Positions 31,800 to 42,560 of a DNA stretch of 64,000 bases are shown here, in pieces. Within the stretch, counting starts at the first letter, position 1. Each line of letters starts with the position of its first letter. The DNA comes from Epithemia pelagica (Eukaryota > Protista > Bacillariophyta): NCBI GenBank assembly GCA_946965045.2, contig OX337229.1:4278001-4342000 (forward strand), written 5' to 3'. The notes beneath the pieces were generated by a model. That model saw only the letters and a list, made by a program, of their open reading frames with translations, had not been told where the DNA came from and searched no databases. The translations under genes were made by a program, and so were the position numbers.

Positions 31800-33988
31800 C
31801 TATCGTGGCGTGGGTGGACTGTGCTCTGAAATCGCTATATGCGGACATGTGCCTGCTAAAATCACACCGACTTGAGTGAATCACTTTCTGAAATGATTAC
31901 AGATCCGAGTTTCTCACGGTAAAGTTCAAGTCGTGCCCAGAAACAATCACAAAGAAGTCAGGAATATCCGAAGCTGATTTGCGCCTGTGACTATCCTCTG
32001 ACAAGGCTTTGAGAAAATATTTCAGTTTCCCAGGTCACCCAATTTGTTTATCAGAATAAGAAAGGCTGGTAAGGCATGAGTGGCATGCTTAGACACCAAA
32101 CTATGTTCTTTCTATAGGAGAGTTACTTGCAACATGAAGTTACTACACATACATTGCTGTTGTGAGCATCAAGAACAGGGACAGTTCAACCCAGACATCG
32201 CGAGGGGTAGCGCTGCTTTCCTTGGGGTAGTAAGCCGACCCCGGCTTCCGAATTCCGACCAAACACCCAAGTCCATATCCTCCGAGACATGGTTTGGTTA
32301 CGGGTAAAAGGCAAAGATGCATCATGTCCGTGAACGAACCTCATGTCTCATGTCAAACGCAATGTAAGAAGACTGGTCAATGATCAGGAACAGTTTGAAA
32401 CATGAAAAAGCTGTTAATTGATCTGATAAAGCGATGAAATCAGACGGCTTTTAAGTTCCAGTGAAGCTGGGGCATGAACTTCATTATTCCACAATGTCAC
32501 ACTCGATGCTGCATCGGAAGGAAGCCGGTGCTTCGACCCCCTTACACGGGGACACTAACTTCTTGATGAACCCAAATGGTAACACTGGCTTCTAGACTGC
32601 ACTGGTGATTTGTGCCAAGAGGAAGAAATTGAGTTGATTGAAATATGCAACTGAAGTGGTTAGAAACGAGTCGTCGCCATGAAGTGGACTCGATCAAGTA
32701 GGAGTCACCAAAAAAGGGGGGAACTATTATAAAGTTGCTTGTTGCAGTAGACATTGGTTGGCTCTTGCACTTTGTTGGTGCTGAATACTCGTATATGTTG
32801 TAGGTGCTAGAGAAGTTTAAAGAACATCGAACGAGGAATTTGTACCACAAACGATCCTTTGCACGGACAATCGCATTTCAACAAATGAAACAGGGGTATC
32901 GAAATAAGAGAATTACACGTACAATGCCATCAGGATCATCATAACAAAGGCGGGGAAAAGAGCTTTTCGACCATTGTGAGGGGAAGAGCTACTCTCCTTC
33001 GTATTAGGTTCCCTACACTTGGGCGGAGAATACGATTCGTCCAAGGCCCGACCAGTGATGGCACAATCAGTACAGGTTCCAGATTCGGCGTCCAGCTCGG
33101 TACCAGGTATCAAAGTGCACGCGTTCAAGCATTCCATACTCGACTCGGCGTCCTCCAAGTAGTGCCCAAGCTCACACTGAACGCCGGTCTTGGAGTTGCT
33201 GACAAAGCGCAAAGTTTTGTCTTTGGTGAACCCTGCTGTTTTCAAAAAGTCATCATACAAAGCAAAGTCCTGCTCTGTAAATAGGTCTTCCGGCTCAACC
33301 CCACCCGAGGTTTGACATTTAACGAGTTGATTCTCGTCTTCGACCGGCACAAAGCTAATGTGAGGACAATGAACAGCGTTAAGCGATGCCATATATCCAT
33401 GCAAGTACCGACATGACCGTGTATTGCCATCGATATAGGTTGTCACGTTGTTCAATGGTCCAGTAAACAAGGTGAGATCCTCAAACATTCGTGACGTGCA
33501 ATCCTCGATGGTGGAGGAAGCTAGAGCGGGGTCGAGAGCAGCCGTAGAGGCTCACTTGTCAGAGAACAAAAGAGAGCAGATGTAGGAGGCTGTTTCAGGT
33601 GTATCGATGGCTCGAAAGGAATGTTCCACCATGTCTGCAGGCTGATAGCCATGGACTTTGGCTCGTTTGGGGTCCCAAAATATATTGAGAAAAGTAACCG
33701 TCTCATATTCCAAATGCGACAAGTTACTGTACTGATCATTCAGAGTGATGCGAGCCACGTATGCAACATAGAATTGGCAATATTCCATAGCATCCTTGCC
33801 TGCCGCAACGGCACTTTCGTCGGTTCCAAACTTGATAAAGGAAAGAACATAAACGCTCACTGGAAGGTTTGACACAAAGGGCGATGCCTCTGAGACAAAA
33901 AGAAAGTACTCAACGATGTTGGTGGGTCCAATGTATTTTCCGCTATGAGCAAGCTGTACAAGTGTAGAACTCTTATACAAGGCAGGGC

Positions 33989-34809
33989 TGAGATCTGTAT
34001 GTTTTCGAAATTGTGAGCTTTAGAATACTTTGTTAAAACTAGTCGTACGGAATAAAGTTTGATACGGAACTTGATACGGAACATTTCACGTAAGATGATG
34101 CGGAACATAAATTGGAAGAATGAATCGTATGGAACGAGGAGGAATCTTGTGAATCGAGAGTAAGATGGAGAGTAGGTAGGTGATGTCAGCATAGGTGCAT
34201 ATAAGGGCTGGGTAAGCCGATCCATGTTCGGCTAAGTAGGTTCAGTACAAAAGCTACGTAGCGTACATAAAATCCCTTAGTACACGTCATACCTGAAATG
34301 GTGGGAAGTCCGAAAAAATGCAAAAACACTCCACGATGACGGCGAGATCCGTTGATGCCGCATGCATTTACCGATGCATCGCATCAACATCCTACTACTG
34401 TAAGTTGTTTGAGTTTGCTAGTATTACTGTGTTCTGCAGCTACAGAAGATTTGTCGCGTTGGATCAAAAGGTATACTGGTGATGTAATCCAAAAACCTTC
34501 CTAACTCATTCATTTCTCAACGGTGACTGAATCAAATTGAAACCATAGTTGCTGTAGTATTCAAGAGTATTATTCTAAAAGTGATTCAGTTAGGCTCAAT
34601 TATCCATGAAGTTATTGCCATGGGGGTGATTTCTTCGACCATTGTCGAGTGATGGTTTCCGGATTGCATTGTTTCTCGTGGCAGCAAGTTTTCGATTTGT
34701 GACCATTCGCCCCACTTGTTACAGTGATGAAAATAGTACTACGTAGCTTAATGTACTGAGCCTACTTAGCCGAACATGGATCGGCTTACCCAGCCCTTAC
34801 AACCTCACA
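33989..34809 (-). repeat. 3' LTR of copia 1 (225 bp, interrupted by a MITE)
   Basis: 33989-34203 plus 34800-34809 match 40557-40781. Confidence 0.92.
34204..34797. mobile_element. MITE / non-autonomous DNA transposon (594 bp, TA duplication)
   Basis: 37-bp perfect TIR agggctgggtaagccgatccatgttcggctaagtagg, extending imperfectly to ~58 bp. TA on both sides relative to the intact LTR. No coding capacity. Confidence 0.9.
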
Positions 34810-37800
34810 CTCCCTCGTGCTGCGGGACCGGATCGGAAGACCAATTAAGCAATCGATTCCGTAAACGGCGAAACGAATCCCGTGGCAAAGGTTTGGTACT
34901 TGTAAAGATATCAGCCAATTGTTCCTGAGAGGGCACATGTTCGATGGTAATACGCCCATTCTCCACATGACTGCGGAAATGAAAAAGACGAACCGCAAGA
35001 TGCTTGGTTCGTGGTCGGATCTTAGGCTCTGACGTAGCAACTTCAATACAAGCAGCGTTGTCTTCGAAAGTGCGACATTGAACCTGTGCCTTGGAGAAGG
35101 GAATTGGAAAACCAGAGTCACGTAATTCTTCTAAGAGATTCTGGAGATGAATGACTTCGCGTAGGGCTGTTGAGAGGGCAATAATTTCCGCTTCGGTCGT
35201 GCTGAGCGCTACCAATGACTGCATCTTGGATCCCCATACCAGCGGACAACCAGCGTACATAATCATGTAGCCTGTGCGCGAGAGCGCACCAGCAGGATCG
35301 TTGGGCCTATTCTTATTCCAGTTACCAGCCCAATCAGCATCCACGTAGCACTTGAATCCTTCACGAACATTCGGTCGGAAGAACAGACCTTTATCACGGG
35401 TCGCACGTAGATAGCGGCAAATTCGTTTGACTGCCACCTCATGGGATAGCTTAGGATCGTTACAGAACCTAGCACATTGATGCACAGCATAGGATAGATC
35501 CGGGCGAGACATAGCTGGAAGATAATTGAGGGAACCAATCACGGCACGGTAGTTCCAGTCTTGCTTCCGAGTGGGGCCATCAGAGTCCGCGTGTAGGATC
35601 TTATTGGCTTCGGCTGGAGTGTCATGCATCTTGACATTTTCTTGAGAAAGGCCCAGACCAAGATGATTCAAGCAGTTGTCGATCGACTTCTGTTGTTGTA
35701 ACTCAACGCGCCCATCCTCATGTCGAATGAATCGGGCTCCAAGATAGTCCAACAGTGGACCATCGTCTGTCAGGTCAAAGGACTTTTGGAGCAGCGCTAC
35801 TTCGCGGTCAATGGCTTTCGGATCCGGAGAGAAGAAGGCTGCGTCGTCAATATACAGAACGAGAAGAACGACGCCCTTTGAGAATAAACAGGGATCAACG
35901 TTGGATTGTTTGAAGCCTTGCTTGAGGAGTCCATCTTTTATGTGCTCATGCCAAGTCACTTGGCCGTCTTTCAAGCCATACAAGTTTTGTTGGAGCTTCA
36001 GCAAGCGTTTATTCGGGTCAAGGTCGGGCAATGTGGTACCTTTTGGCAATTGCATGAAGATATCAGTCTTCACCTTTGCTTGAGTGTACGCCATAATGAA
36101 GTCGATTGATCGCATGTCCCATCCCAAAATCAACGCCAGGATGAAGATGCACCAGACGGTTGGCCATGCAACAACAGGGGAAAAGGTGGACCAGTAAGCA
36201 TCACCAAAAACCTGTCTGTGGCCTCCAGCACAGAGGCGAGCTTTCCATTTAATGATTGCTCCAGCTGGGTCCTTTTTGCGCATAAACGACCAAACCATGG
36301 GGATTGGTTTTGCGTTGGGTGGAACTTGAGCTTTGTGCACGATCTTCCAATGCTTCAATTCGGCGTGCTGTTTGAGTTCCTTCACCATGGCCTGAATGAA
36401 CTTGTCGCTATCTTCTTGTTGGAGAGCGATATGCAAGGGTATAACATCTGGCTTGATGGTGGCGGTGCTCATCATCTGCAGCAGTGCCAAAGGATGATAG
36501 TCGGCCAAAGTCTTGGCCACATCTTGAGCCATAAAACAACAATGGTAAGCAATCAACGACAATCGAGAAGGGGGACGCACTTGTCGACCGGTCCTGGTTT
36601 GCCCTGTGGGGGCAATGTCCACTGGGTATGGTTGTGGAGTCTCTTCTGGTGGAACAGGAGCTATCTGTGGCTCGGGTTCGGCATTAGGAAGAGGAGCTGG
36701 ATCGTCAGCAGGCACTTGCGGAATTGCACCCGTCAAGAGATCGGGTAATTCGAGCAAGGCCTGTGGGATGTTGTTCCCAAAGTTGGGTAAGTTGGATTCT
36801 TGTTGTCGTTGTTGTTGTTGTGTACGTGATCGTCGTGTCAAGGGATGCAAGATCAGATGGCCAGATCTATTTTCATCTCCTTTGTGCACTAACGCCTTTT
36901 GCTTCCAAATGCTTGTGTCATGTTGTTCGTTCTTCACTGTCTCGAGTTTGTCGTCATACACGCAATGGAATTGTGGGCTTACAAGACCAGTTTGCGTAGA
37001 CAGGATGAGAGGAACAGAAGCAGCATGATGGGGCAAGTGACACAACAATACACCAACTCGAGATCGTTCTGCCCATTTGGGATGAGGGCTTCCTGTCTGG
37101 AGTGGAGCTTGGAGCACGTAAACGGGGCAACCAAAAGGATGAAAGTGTTTGGTATTTGGTTCCACATCGGAGTTGGAAAAGATGGAGATGGGAGATTTTG
37201 CTTTGTTGTTACGTGGGAGTGCATTGCGAATGTTCGTTGCATGCTTCACCGCTTGTGGCCATAAATTTGCTGTGATGATTTTCGGCCATCTGTGAGCAGC
37301 ATGAAGGATCATCGTTCTTGCGCTTTCGGTGAGGTCTCGAATTCGCCTTTCCGCGATCCCATTCTGATGGTGGGCTCCCACGCCACAGAAAGAAATTGTT
37401 TGGAGTGCGTTTTTGACATCGTTCACAAACTCCTTGTCCGCAAATCGTTCATTGTCACAATGATAATGCTGGACGGTAACACCATGCCGTTGCGCGAATC
37501 TTTCGAACTCGTGTTTTGCCTCCAAGGTTTCTTCGGTGGTAAGGGCGTGCATTAAATGCACGTAAGTCAAATCGGACGCGTGGTCAACAAACACTGTGGC
37601 ACCTTTGAATCTTTTCTTGGTCGGTTGGCCCTTTCCTGTTGGTACGAGACCAGGAACTGGGGATTCCAACTGGTCCATGCTCACGACTGCGCCAGGGACT
37701 GTTGAAGTGCGAATCTTTGGATCCACCTTGTGGGTGCGCCAAGGTTTCTTGTGCGCTTTCCCATAGAGGCAGCTGGGACATTTGGGAGGCGCAATCTTTG

Positions 37801-39064
37801 CTAACCGTTTCGGGATCACGCCCTTTTCTGCTAGTTGTTTCAGTTGTTGAAAGGAGCAGTGACCCAATCGCTCGTGATATTGCATCAAGAGGTCTTGGTC
37901 CGAACGCAACAATGGTTCATCTTCCACAATGGGTGGCAAGACATTGGGATCCGTGGTGAAATCGGTTGTCACTCCCTCGGATGGTGACGACCGGATTGGA
38001 TGAATCGGCTGGGGCTCTTGGTCTTCATCATCGGGCGGAGAATCAGGAGGCGGACGCTCAGGATCATATTCATCTTCTGAGACCGGGTTGGCAGGCATTG
38101 CAAGAGCCATGAATGCACGGAAACGACGGAAACCAGGGGCTGTAAAGCACATACCGACGTTGTTCTTGTTGAGCGGTACGTATTTGCTCACTTTTTGATC
38201 CTTGGTACTGAGCCACTCTAACTCTATGCTCATATCATCAATTGAACAGCGAGCTTTTGTGTCTCCTTCTTCTCGTCGTTGTCGAACAAAGACTTGGGGC
38301 ACCATAATGTTGAGAGGGGCAGAAGGTAAGTGCCGCACATCTCGCAATTTGATGGTGTGAATCATGTTCAAGTCATCTTCTAACTTGATTGGAACGGTTC
38401 CTATGCCTAAGGGCATGACAGTTTCTCCATTTACGCCGAGCAAGGCTTCCTTCATTCTTTCTTCTTTGGTCAAGGGACGGTAGGATGAGAAGGCTCTACG
38501 GTACTTCCACAGGTGATGAGAGGCACCAGAGTCGATGAGAAACTTGTCGGCGTCAGAATCGAAGACGGCAGTACGAGGACGGTCATCCGAGCTTGTGGTG
38601 GACGTGCCATTCATAGCCAAATCGATCAATGGATTCTTGGTTGGGATGAACAAGGATGCCAATTGTTTGGCCTGGCGGAAGAATAACTTCTTTTTGGTCC
38701 TCCCTCGGGTTCGAGAGGTATCAACGCAACAATCAACGTCTTGGAAGTGAAACGTTTTGTTGGCTTGTTTGGAAAGATGACCCACTGCAATCCACCGAAT
38801 CTTTTGGTCAATTTGCAGCGCCGCGAGACATAACAATATACGAGGCAATTTGATGGTGATGTCAACTGGGAGACGGCGGCCCACACTTGATCTGTGGATT
38901 CGAGTTCGGGGCGGACGACGCCGGAAAGGCTTGTTGACGACTTTGAATGGTTTGGTTCGAGCGGAGAAAAACTTCACAATCCGCTTGACCCATGACAGAA
39001 CCTCATGGAACACGACAATATTCATTTTGATCGTAAGAAAAACAACAAACGGCCAAAATGCCAT
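34805..39064 (-). CDS. Copia 1 pol polyprotein (protease, integrase, RT, RNase H)
   Basis: LIDSGAS, HERLGH..CPSC, MDQLESP..CDN..QNGIAERRIR, LYIDD, YVDADWAG and EDNAAC motifs. Confidence 0.95.
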   Translation of the reverse strand: MAFWPFVVFLTIKMNIVVFHEVLSWVKRIVKFFSARTKPFKVVNKPFRRRPPRTRIHRSSVGRRLPVDITIKLPRILLCLAALQIDQKIRWIAVGHLSKQANKTFHFQDVDCCVDTSRTRGRTKKKLFFRQAKQLASLFIPTKNPLIDLAMNGTSTTSSDDRPRTAVFDSDADKFLIDSGASHHLWKYRRAFSSYRPLTKEERMKEALLGVNGETVMPLGIGTVPIKLEDDLNMIHTIKLRDVRHLPSAPLNIMVPQVFVRQRREEGDTKARCSIDDMSIELEWLSTKDQKVSKYVPLNKNNVGMCFTAPGFRRFRAFMALAMPANPVSEDEYDPERPPPDSPPDDEDQEPQPIHPIRSSPSEGVTTDFTTDPNVLPPIVEDEPLLRSDQDLLMQYHERLGHCSFQQLKQLAEKGVIPKRLAKIAPPKCPSCLYGKAHKKPWRTHKVDPKIRTSTVPGAVVSMDQLESPVPGLVPTGKGQPTKKRFKGATVFVDHASDLTYVHLMHALTTEETLEAKHEFERFAQRHGVTVQHYHCDNERFADKEFVNDVKNALQTISFCGVGAHHQNGIAERRIRDLTESARTMILHAAHRWPKIITANLWPQAVKHATNIRNALPRNNKAKSPISIFSNSDVEPNTKHFHPFGCPVYVLQAPLQTGSPHPKWAERSRVGVLLCHLPHHAASVPLILSTQTGLVSPQFHCVYDDKLETVKNEQHDTSIWKQKALVHKGDENRSGHLILHPLTRRSRTQQQQRQQESNLPNFGNNIPQALLELPDLLTGAIPQVPADDPAPLPNAEPEPQIAPVPPEETPQPYPVDIAPTGQTRTGRQVRPPSRLSLIAYHCCFMAQDVAKTLADYHPLALLQMMSTATIKPDVIPLHIALQQEDSDKFIQAMVKELKQHAELKHWKIVHKAQVPPNAKPIPMVWSFMRKKDPAGAIIKWKARLCAGGHRQVFGDAYWSTFSPVVAWPTVWCIFILALILGWDMRSIDFIMAYTQAKVKTDIFMQLPKGTTLPDLDPNKRLLKLQQNLYGLKDGQVTWHEHIKDGLLKQGFKQSNVDPCLFSKGVVLLVLYIDDAAFFSPDPKAIDREVALLQKSFDLTDDGPLLDYLGARFIRHEDGRVELQQQKSIDNCLNHLGLGLSQENVKMHDTPAEANKILHADSDGPTRKQDWNYRAVIGSLNYLPAMSRPDLSYAVHQCARFCNDPKLSHEVAVKRICRYLRATRDKGLFFRPNVREGFKCYVDADWAGNWNKNRPNDPAGALSRTGYMIMYAGCPLVWGSKMQSLVALSTTEAEIIALSTALREVIHLQNLLEELRDSGFPIPFSKAQVQCRTFEDNAACIEVATSEPKIRPRTKHLAVRLFHFRSHVENGRITIEHVPSQEQLADIFTSTKPLPRDSFRRLRNRLLNWSSDPVPQHEGV

Positions 39065-39088
39065 GAATGCATCCCATGAGGGTAGCAG

Positions 39089-40423
39089 TCATTCACTGCC
39101 ATTCTTGATGGTGGCTGCAAGAGCATCGGCCAAATCATCAGTATCGAACTCGCCGCCAGGAAGGATTGCGGCCATTCCCTTTTTGAGCTTGTCCACATCG
39201 ACAGCAACTTCGGCGGCCACACCAGAACCAATTTGCTTTTTAGGTGCTTCCTTTTTGCCACTGCCTCCGGCCTTCATCTTCTTGTAGGTGTTACAATCCT
39301 CTACCTTGTGCGTGTGCCAATGAGAGTATTTGTGGTTCGCCGGGCACCAGTAATAGGTTTTCCCATTCCACTCTTTTGAATCACCGAGTTTGCCATCCTT
39401 ATGAGCAAAAGGAGGCTGTTTCTTATCTTTGTCGCCATCTGAGGCCTTGGATTCCGCTTTGCGCTTGTTCGACTTGGTACCAGAAGACGACTTGTTGGAT
39501 TGTTGAGCAACCATGGCCAAGGTTTGCTCCTCTGGTGTCTTATCAGACGGTTTCCAGAGTCCAGAGTTCACCAAGTTGTTGTACTTGGCTTGCGCTTCGT
39601 TGTAGAGCGTATCTGGAGCATAGGTTGGAGTGCTGGACGCTTTAGCCTCCAAAAACAAAATGTGAGACGTCCATTCCGCAGGAGCCTTGATTTTCTTATA
39701 GGCCTTGAATTGAAAATACAAGATTTCTTGATCTGTAATGGATCCACCAGTCGCAGAAGCAGCCTTCAAGGTCTTGATAGCTGAACGGATGAAATTGTTC
39801 ACCTGGGTTACGTCGTACTTAAAGCGTCGTGGGTGAAACTCGGACAATTTATCTCTCGTAGCTTGTGCGTTGGAGAATGTCGCAGTGAAAAGCTCGGACA
39901 CCAGATGGTAGAAGAGCTTGGGTCCATCATTATTGAAATCGACGTCACCACGTGATGCAAGGGCGGACTTGGCTTTGTCGGTGATGGATGCCATGAGGCA
40001 TTCGTACATCATTTGAGCGTTTTGTTTTGTACGGTGTGACGCAGCAGAACGCGTGATACGAGCAGCTTCAACTTGAGCTTCGGTCACTTTTCCATAATCG
40101 TCGAGTAACTTGAAGGTCGTACCTCCAACTGTGACATCCAAAATTCTGTGAGTTGCCAAATTCCAATGGCAGGTTTCAACGCGAGTGCGCAAGTCGGCTA
40201 GGAATAGGTGTAGATCTTCAACTTTCCCGGTGAACTTGCTATCCAGCGGGTCACATCCAGCGCGGAACAAGCCAGTGCCTGTGCGAGACGTTAGGTCAAG
40301 AGTGCCTCCCTCGTACGGGGAAACCATGTCGGGAGCAGCGGCCACTGCGGGAGGAGGACCAGGAATCGCAGCCGCGAGAGCCTGAATAGCCTGCGCTAAG
40401 GCATTAGAAGCAGCAGCGTCCAT
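39089..40423 (-). CDS. Copia 1 gag
   Basis: QNAQMMYECLMASIT, DGPKLFYHL and a C-terminal WCPANH...HTHKVEDC zinc-finger-like motif. Position between PBS and pol. Confidence 0.85.
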   Translation of the reverse strand: MDAAASNALAQAIQALAAAIPGPPPAVAAAPDMVSPYEGGTLDLTSRTGTGLFRAGCDPLDSKFTGKVEDLHLFLADLRTRVETCHWNLATHRILDVTVGGTTFKLLDDYGKVTEAQVEAARITRSAASHRTKQNAQMMYECLMASITDKAKSALASRGDVDFNNDGPKLFYHLVSELFTATFSNAQATRDKLSEFHPRRFKYDVTQVNNFIRSAIKTLKAASATGGSITDQEILYFQFKAYKKIKAPAEWTSHILFLEAKASSTPTYAPDTLYNEAQAKYNNLVNSGLWKPSDKTPEEQTLAMVAQQSNKSSSGTKSNKRKAESKASDGDKDKKQPPFAHKDGKLGDSKEWNGKTYYWCPANHKYSHWHTHKVEDCNTYKKMKAGGSGKKEAPKKQIGSGVAAEVAVDVDKLKKGMAAILPGGEFDTDDLADALAATIKNGSE

Positions 40424-40543
40424 TGCTTGAGCTTGAAACCGAGTGGTAACAATGGTGAGAACTTTGCAATTTCAAAGACAACTTAAAAAGAGGTTAACGC
40501 GCAGTTACTCAGTCAAACGGTCGTTCAAACAGAGCAATACACT

Positions 40544-40556
40544 TGGGCTCATAACC
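40544..40556 (-). promoter_or_regulatory. Primer-binding site, half-tRNA-Met type
   Basis: GGTTATGAGCCCA directly after the LTR's terminal CA, complementary to a CAT anticodon arm. Confidence 0.85.
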
Positions 40557-40781
40557 TGAGATCTGTATGTTTTCGAAATTGTGAGCTTTAGAATACTTTG
40601 TTAAAACTAGTCGTACGGAATAAAGTTTGATACGGAACTTGATACGGAACATTTCACGTAAGATGATGCGGAACATAAATTGGAAGAATGAATCGTATGG
40701 AACGAGGAGGAATCTTGTGAATCGAGAGTAAGATGGAGAGTAGGTAGGTGATGTCAGCATAGGTGCATATACAACCTCACA
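40557..40781 (-). repeat. 5' LTR of copia 1
   Basis: TGTGAGG...GATCTCA on the minus strand. Confidence 0.92.
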
Positions 40782-40975
40782 AGGGCTTCTCACATCGCCT
40801 TGCAGAGGAAAAGAGCGACATTGGTCTGGGACATCTGGGCCTTTGATGATCGTAGTTTCTGTGGATGATACTCCAGTCAGTGAAAAAGAAACAACAATGG
40901 CAAATGCGATAAGAAGAATATGTGGCATGGATTTCTTCATCTTCATTATCACTGTTTACGCCAAGTCGCAAGGCA

Positions 40976-41741
40976 TAGTAGAACTCTCACCGAAAATCAT
41001 CGGTTAGGTTCGGCACCTCATCGGTTAGTCGAGTCCCTTGGCTTCAAACATCACCTACATCACCTACATCCACACTACATACCTAGCTTCGCGCTAGCTC
41101 AACCTATATTTCGGTCGCATATACCAAAAAGTGAGAACAGATTGACGAACGCGCTATCAAGAATCAACTTTGGTCTTGATATCCCATCAACGGATGATCA
41201 TCCGTTGAACATCCGAGCCTGACCTATGCCCTAAGCGTGCGCGCCCAAATTCGTCAAGATGCGCGCAAGAACTATCCGAGCGTGGCGATCATGTATCCGA
41301 CCCAACGGTCTAAGTACACAAGGCACGAATCACGATCACGCGAGACCATATCATCGTTCCCACTATTTCAAGATTGCAAACAAGGACGCGCCAACAAAAC
41401 TACATATACCAACTTGAGCCAAGAATCGTTGAGGCTGTATATGATATACAAGCACATATACATGTTATATACCTCACATACATCAACTCCAACCATTCCA
41501 GACCTATCACCGCCAAGAACCTATTTCACACGATCGACAACAAGAATGGAAATCTCACACACCAAACCTAGTAGTAAGCTCACAATCATTAACATTACCA
41601 TATCATCACGTCTTCAGTGTCCTGACTATCCCTACGATAGAACCCTTGGGTTTCCTTTGTTCTCTGACCCGTGGAGAACCTTGGTATCAGTTGGTAATCG
41701 ATTGTGGCTCTTCTAGAGCGTGTACTGACGGAATTCTACTA
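40976..41741 (+). repeat. 5' LTR of copia 2
   Basis: TAGTAGAA...TTCTACTA. Differs from the 3' LTR by one substitution and one 5-bp indel seen by eye. Confidence 0.95.
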
Positions 41742-41752
41742 GATTAACAGTC
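41742..41752 (+). promoter_or_regulatory. Putative primer-binding site complementary to a tRNA-Asn(GUU) anticodon arm
   Basis: GATTAACAGTC directly follows the LTR. Its reverse complement GACTGTTAATC is a GTT anticodon loop with flanking stem bases. Confidence 0.6.
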
Positions 41753-41780
41753 TCAACTGTCTCATTTCCCCGAAGTTTTC

Positions 41781-42560
41781 ATGTCCAGTGACTCCAATAC
41801 TCCTATCCGTCGGATCTACAACGCTTTCCAGCAGAGTGGTGACCCAACACAGCAGATTGCCGTCCACCCTGGCGAATTCCTCATCGAGACGCCCTCTAAC
41901 TCCCCGGAGAAGGCTAGCGCGCCTAATCCGTTCCAGACTCCTGATCAAGTCGTCCCTCCGCCGTCCGACCCGAATCGCCCGCCGAACACCCTTGCACGCC
42001 GACCGAGTACACCTCCTCGCCCGAACCCAACTCGCACCCGACGTACGAGCCGTCTCATCAACGCGCACCTCCGTTACTTCCGCGAGCCATCCGAGTATCA
42101 TAGCGACCCGGACCACATCCGTTCGACGCTCGAACACGAGGTCTCGTTCGAGTCCGTCCAACCCGTCGTCGACCTAGAGGATATCCAACGACTCCTAGAC
42201 TTGCTATACCAATCTCCAAGCTACCGATACATAGCGACGACCCTATCGACCACCCCATCAGGCTGCCTTCGGGTACGCTTCATTACTTTCCAGCGTCCGG
42301 TCAATTACTTCCATACCATTTGGGTCGTGAACAAGACTAACCAACCTCTTCCTACCTTGACTACCCGTCTCGACGACTACGTTGGTTTCATCCACGTTAT
42401 CAAGTTGCACCAGGACTTCCGTGCCACTATCTTCCCTCTACTCACCCAACCAGTGAACCACCTAGTTGAGGACCACAACGGCAACGAAGAAGCTACCTCT
42501 GTTACTGAGTCTCCGATTCAACTTGATTACCACAACGAGCCCAGAAGTGACCACGTTTAA
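41781..42560 (+). CDS. Additional upstream ORF of copia 2, unknown function
   Basis: 259-aa ATG-initiated ORF between PBS and gag-pol. Pro-rich N-terminal half and globular-looking C-terminal half. Confidence 0.6.
   Translation: MSSDSNTPIRRIYNAFQQSGDPTQQIAVHPGEFLIETPSNSPEKASAPNPFQTPDQVVPPPSDPNRPPNTLARRPSTPPRPNPTRTRRTSRLINAHLRYFREPSEYHSDPDHIRSTLEHEVSFESVQPVVDLEDIQRLLDLLYQSPSYRYIATTLSTTPSGCLRVRFITFQRPVNYFHTIWVVNKTNQPLPTLTTRLDDYVGFIHVIKLHQDFRATIFPLLTQPVNHLVEDHNGNEEATSVTESPIQLDYHNEPRSDHV

Larger units (their letters stand above)
33989..40781 (-). mobile_element. Ty1/copia LTR retrotransposon 1 (CoDi-like)
   Basis: TG...CA LTRs, 5-bp TSD AGGGC (33984-33988 and 40782-40786), PBS, PPT GAGGGAG, and gag plus PR-IN-RT-RH order. 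Confidence 0.95.
32913..40946 (-). pseudogene. Secreted, Cys-rich, probably GPI/TM-anchored protein gene split by copia 1
   Basis: Removing 33989-40786 joins signal-peptide exon ...QGDVRSP to ALYKSSTLVQL... in frame. In-frame TGA at 33552-33554. Contains YIDGNTRSCRYLH...HCPHISF and a hydrophobic C-terminus. Confidence 0.8.

Noticed and set aside
33552-33554. In-frame TGA at a likely Cys position read as selenocysteine
   Set aside because: No recognisable SECIS-like AUGA/AA/GA hairpin 3' of the stop by eye. The gene is already disrupted by transposons, so a nonsense mutation is simpler.
41237-41716. ORFs inside the copia 2 LTRs (also 48693-49076)
   Set aside because: No ATG start or motifs, and the 5-bp indel changes their C-termini. 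Treated as chance ORFs.
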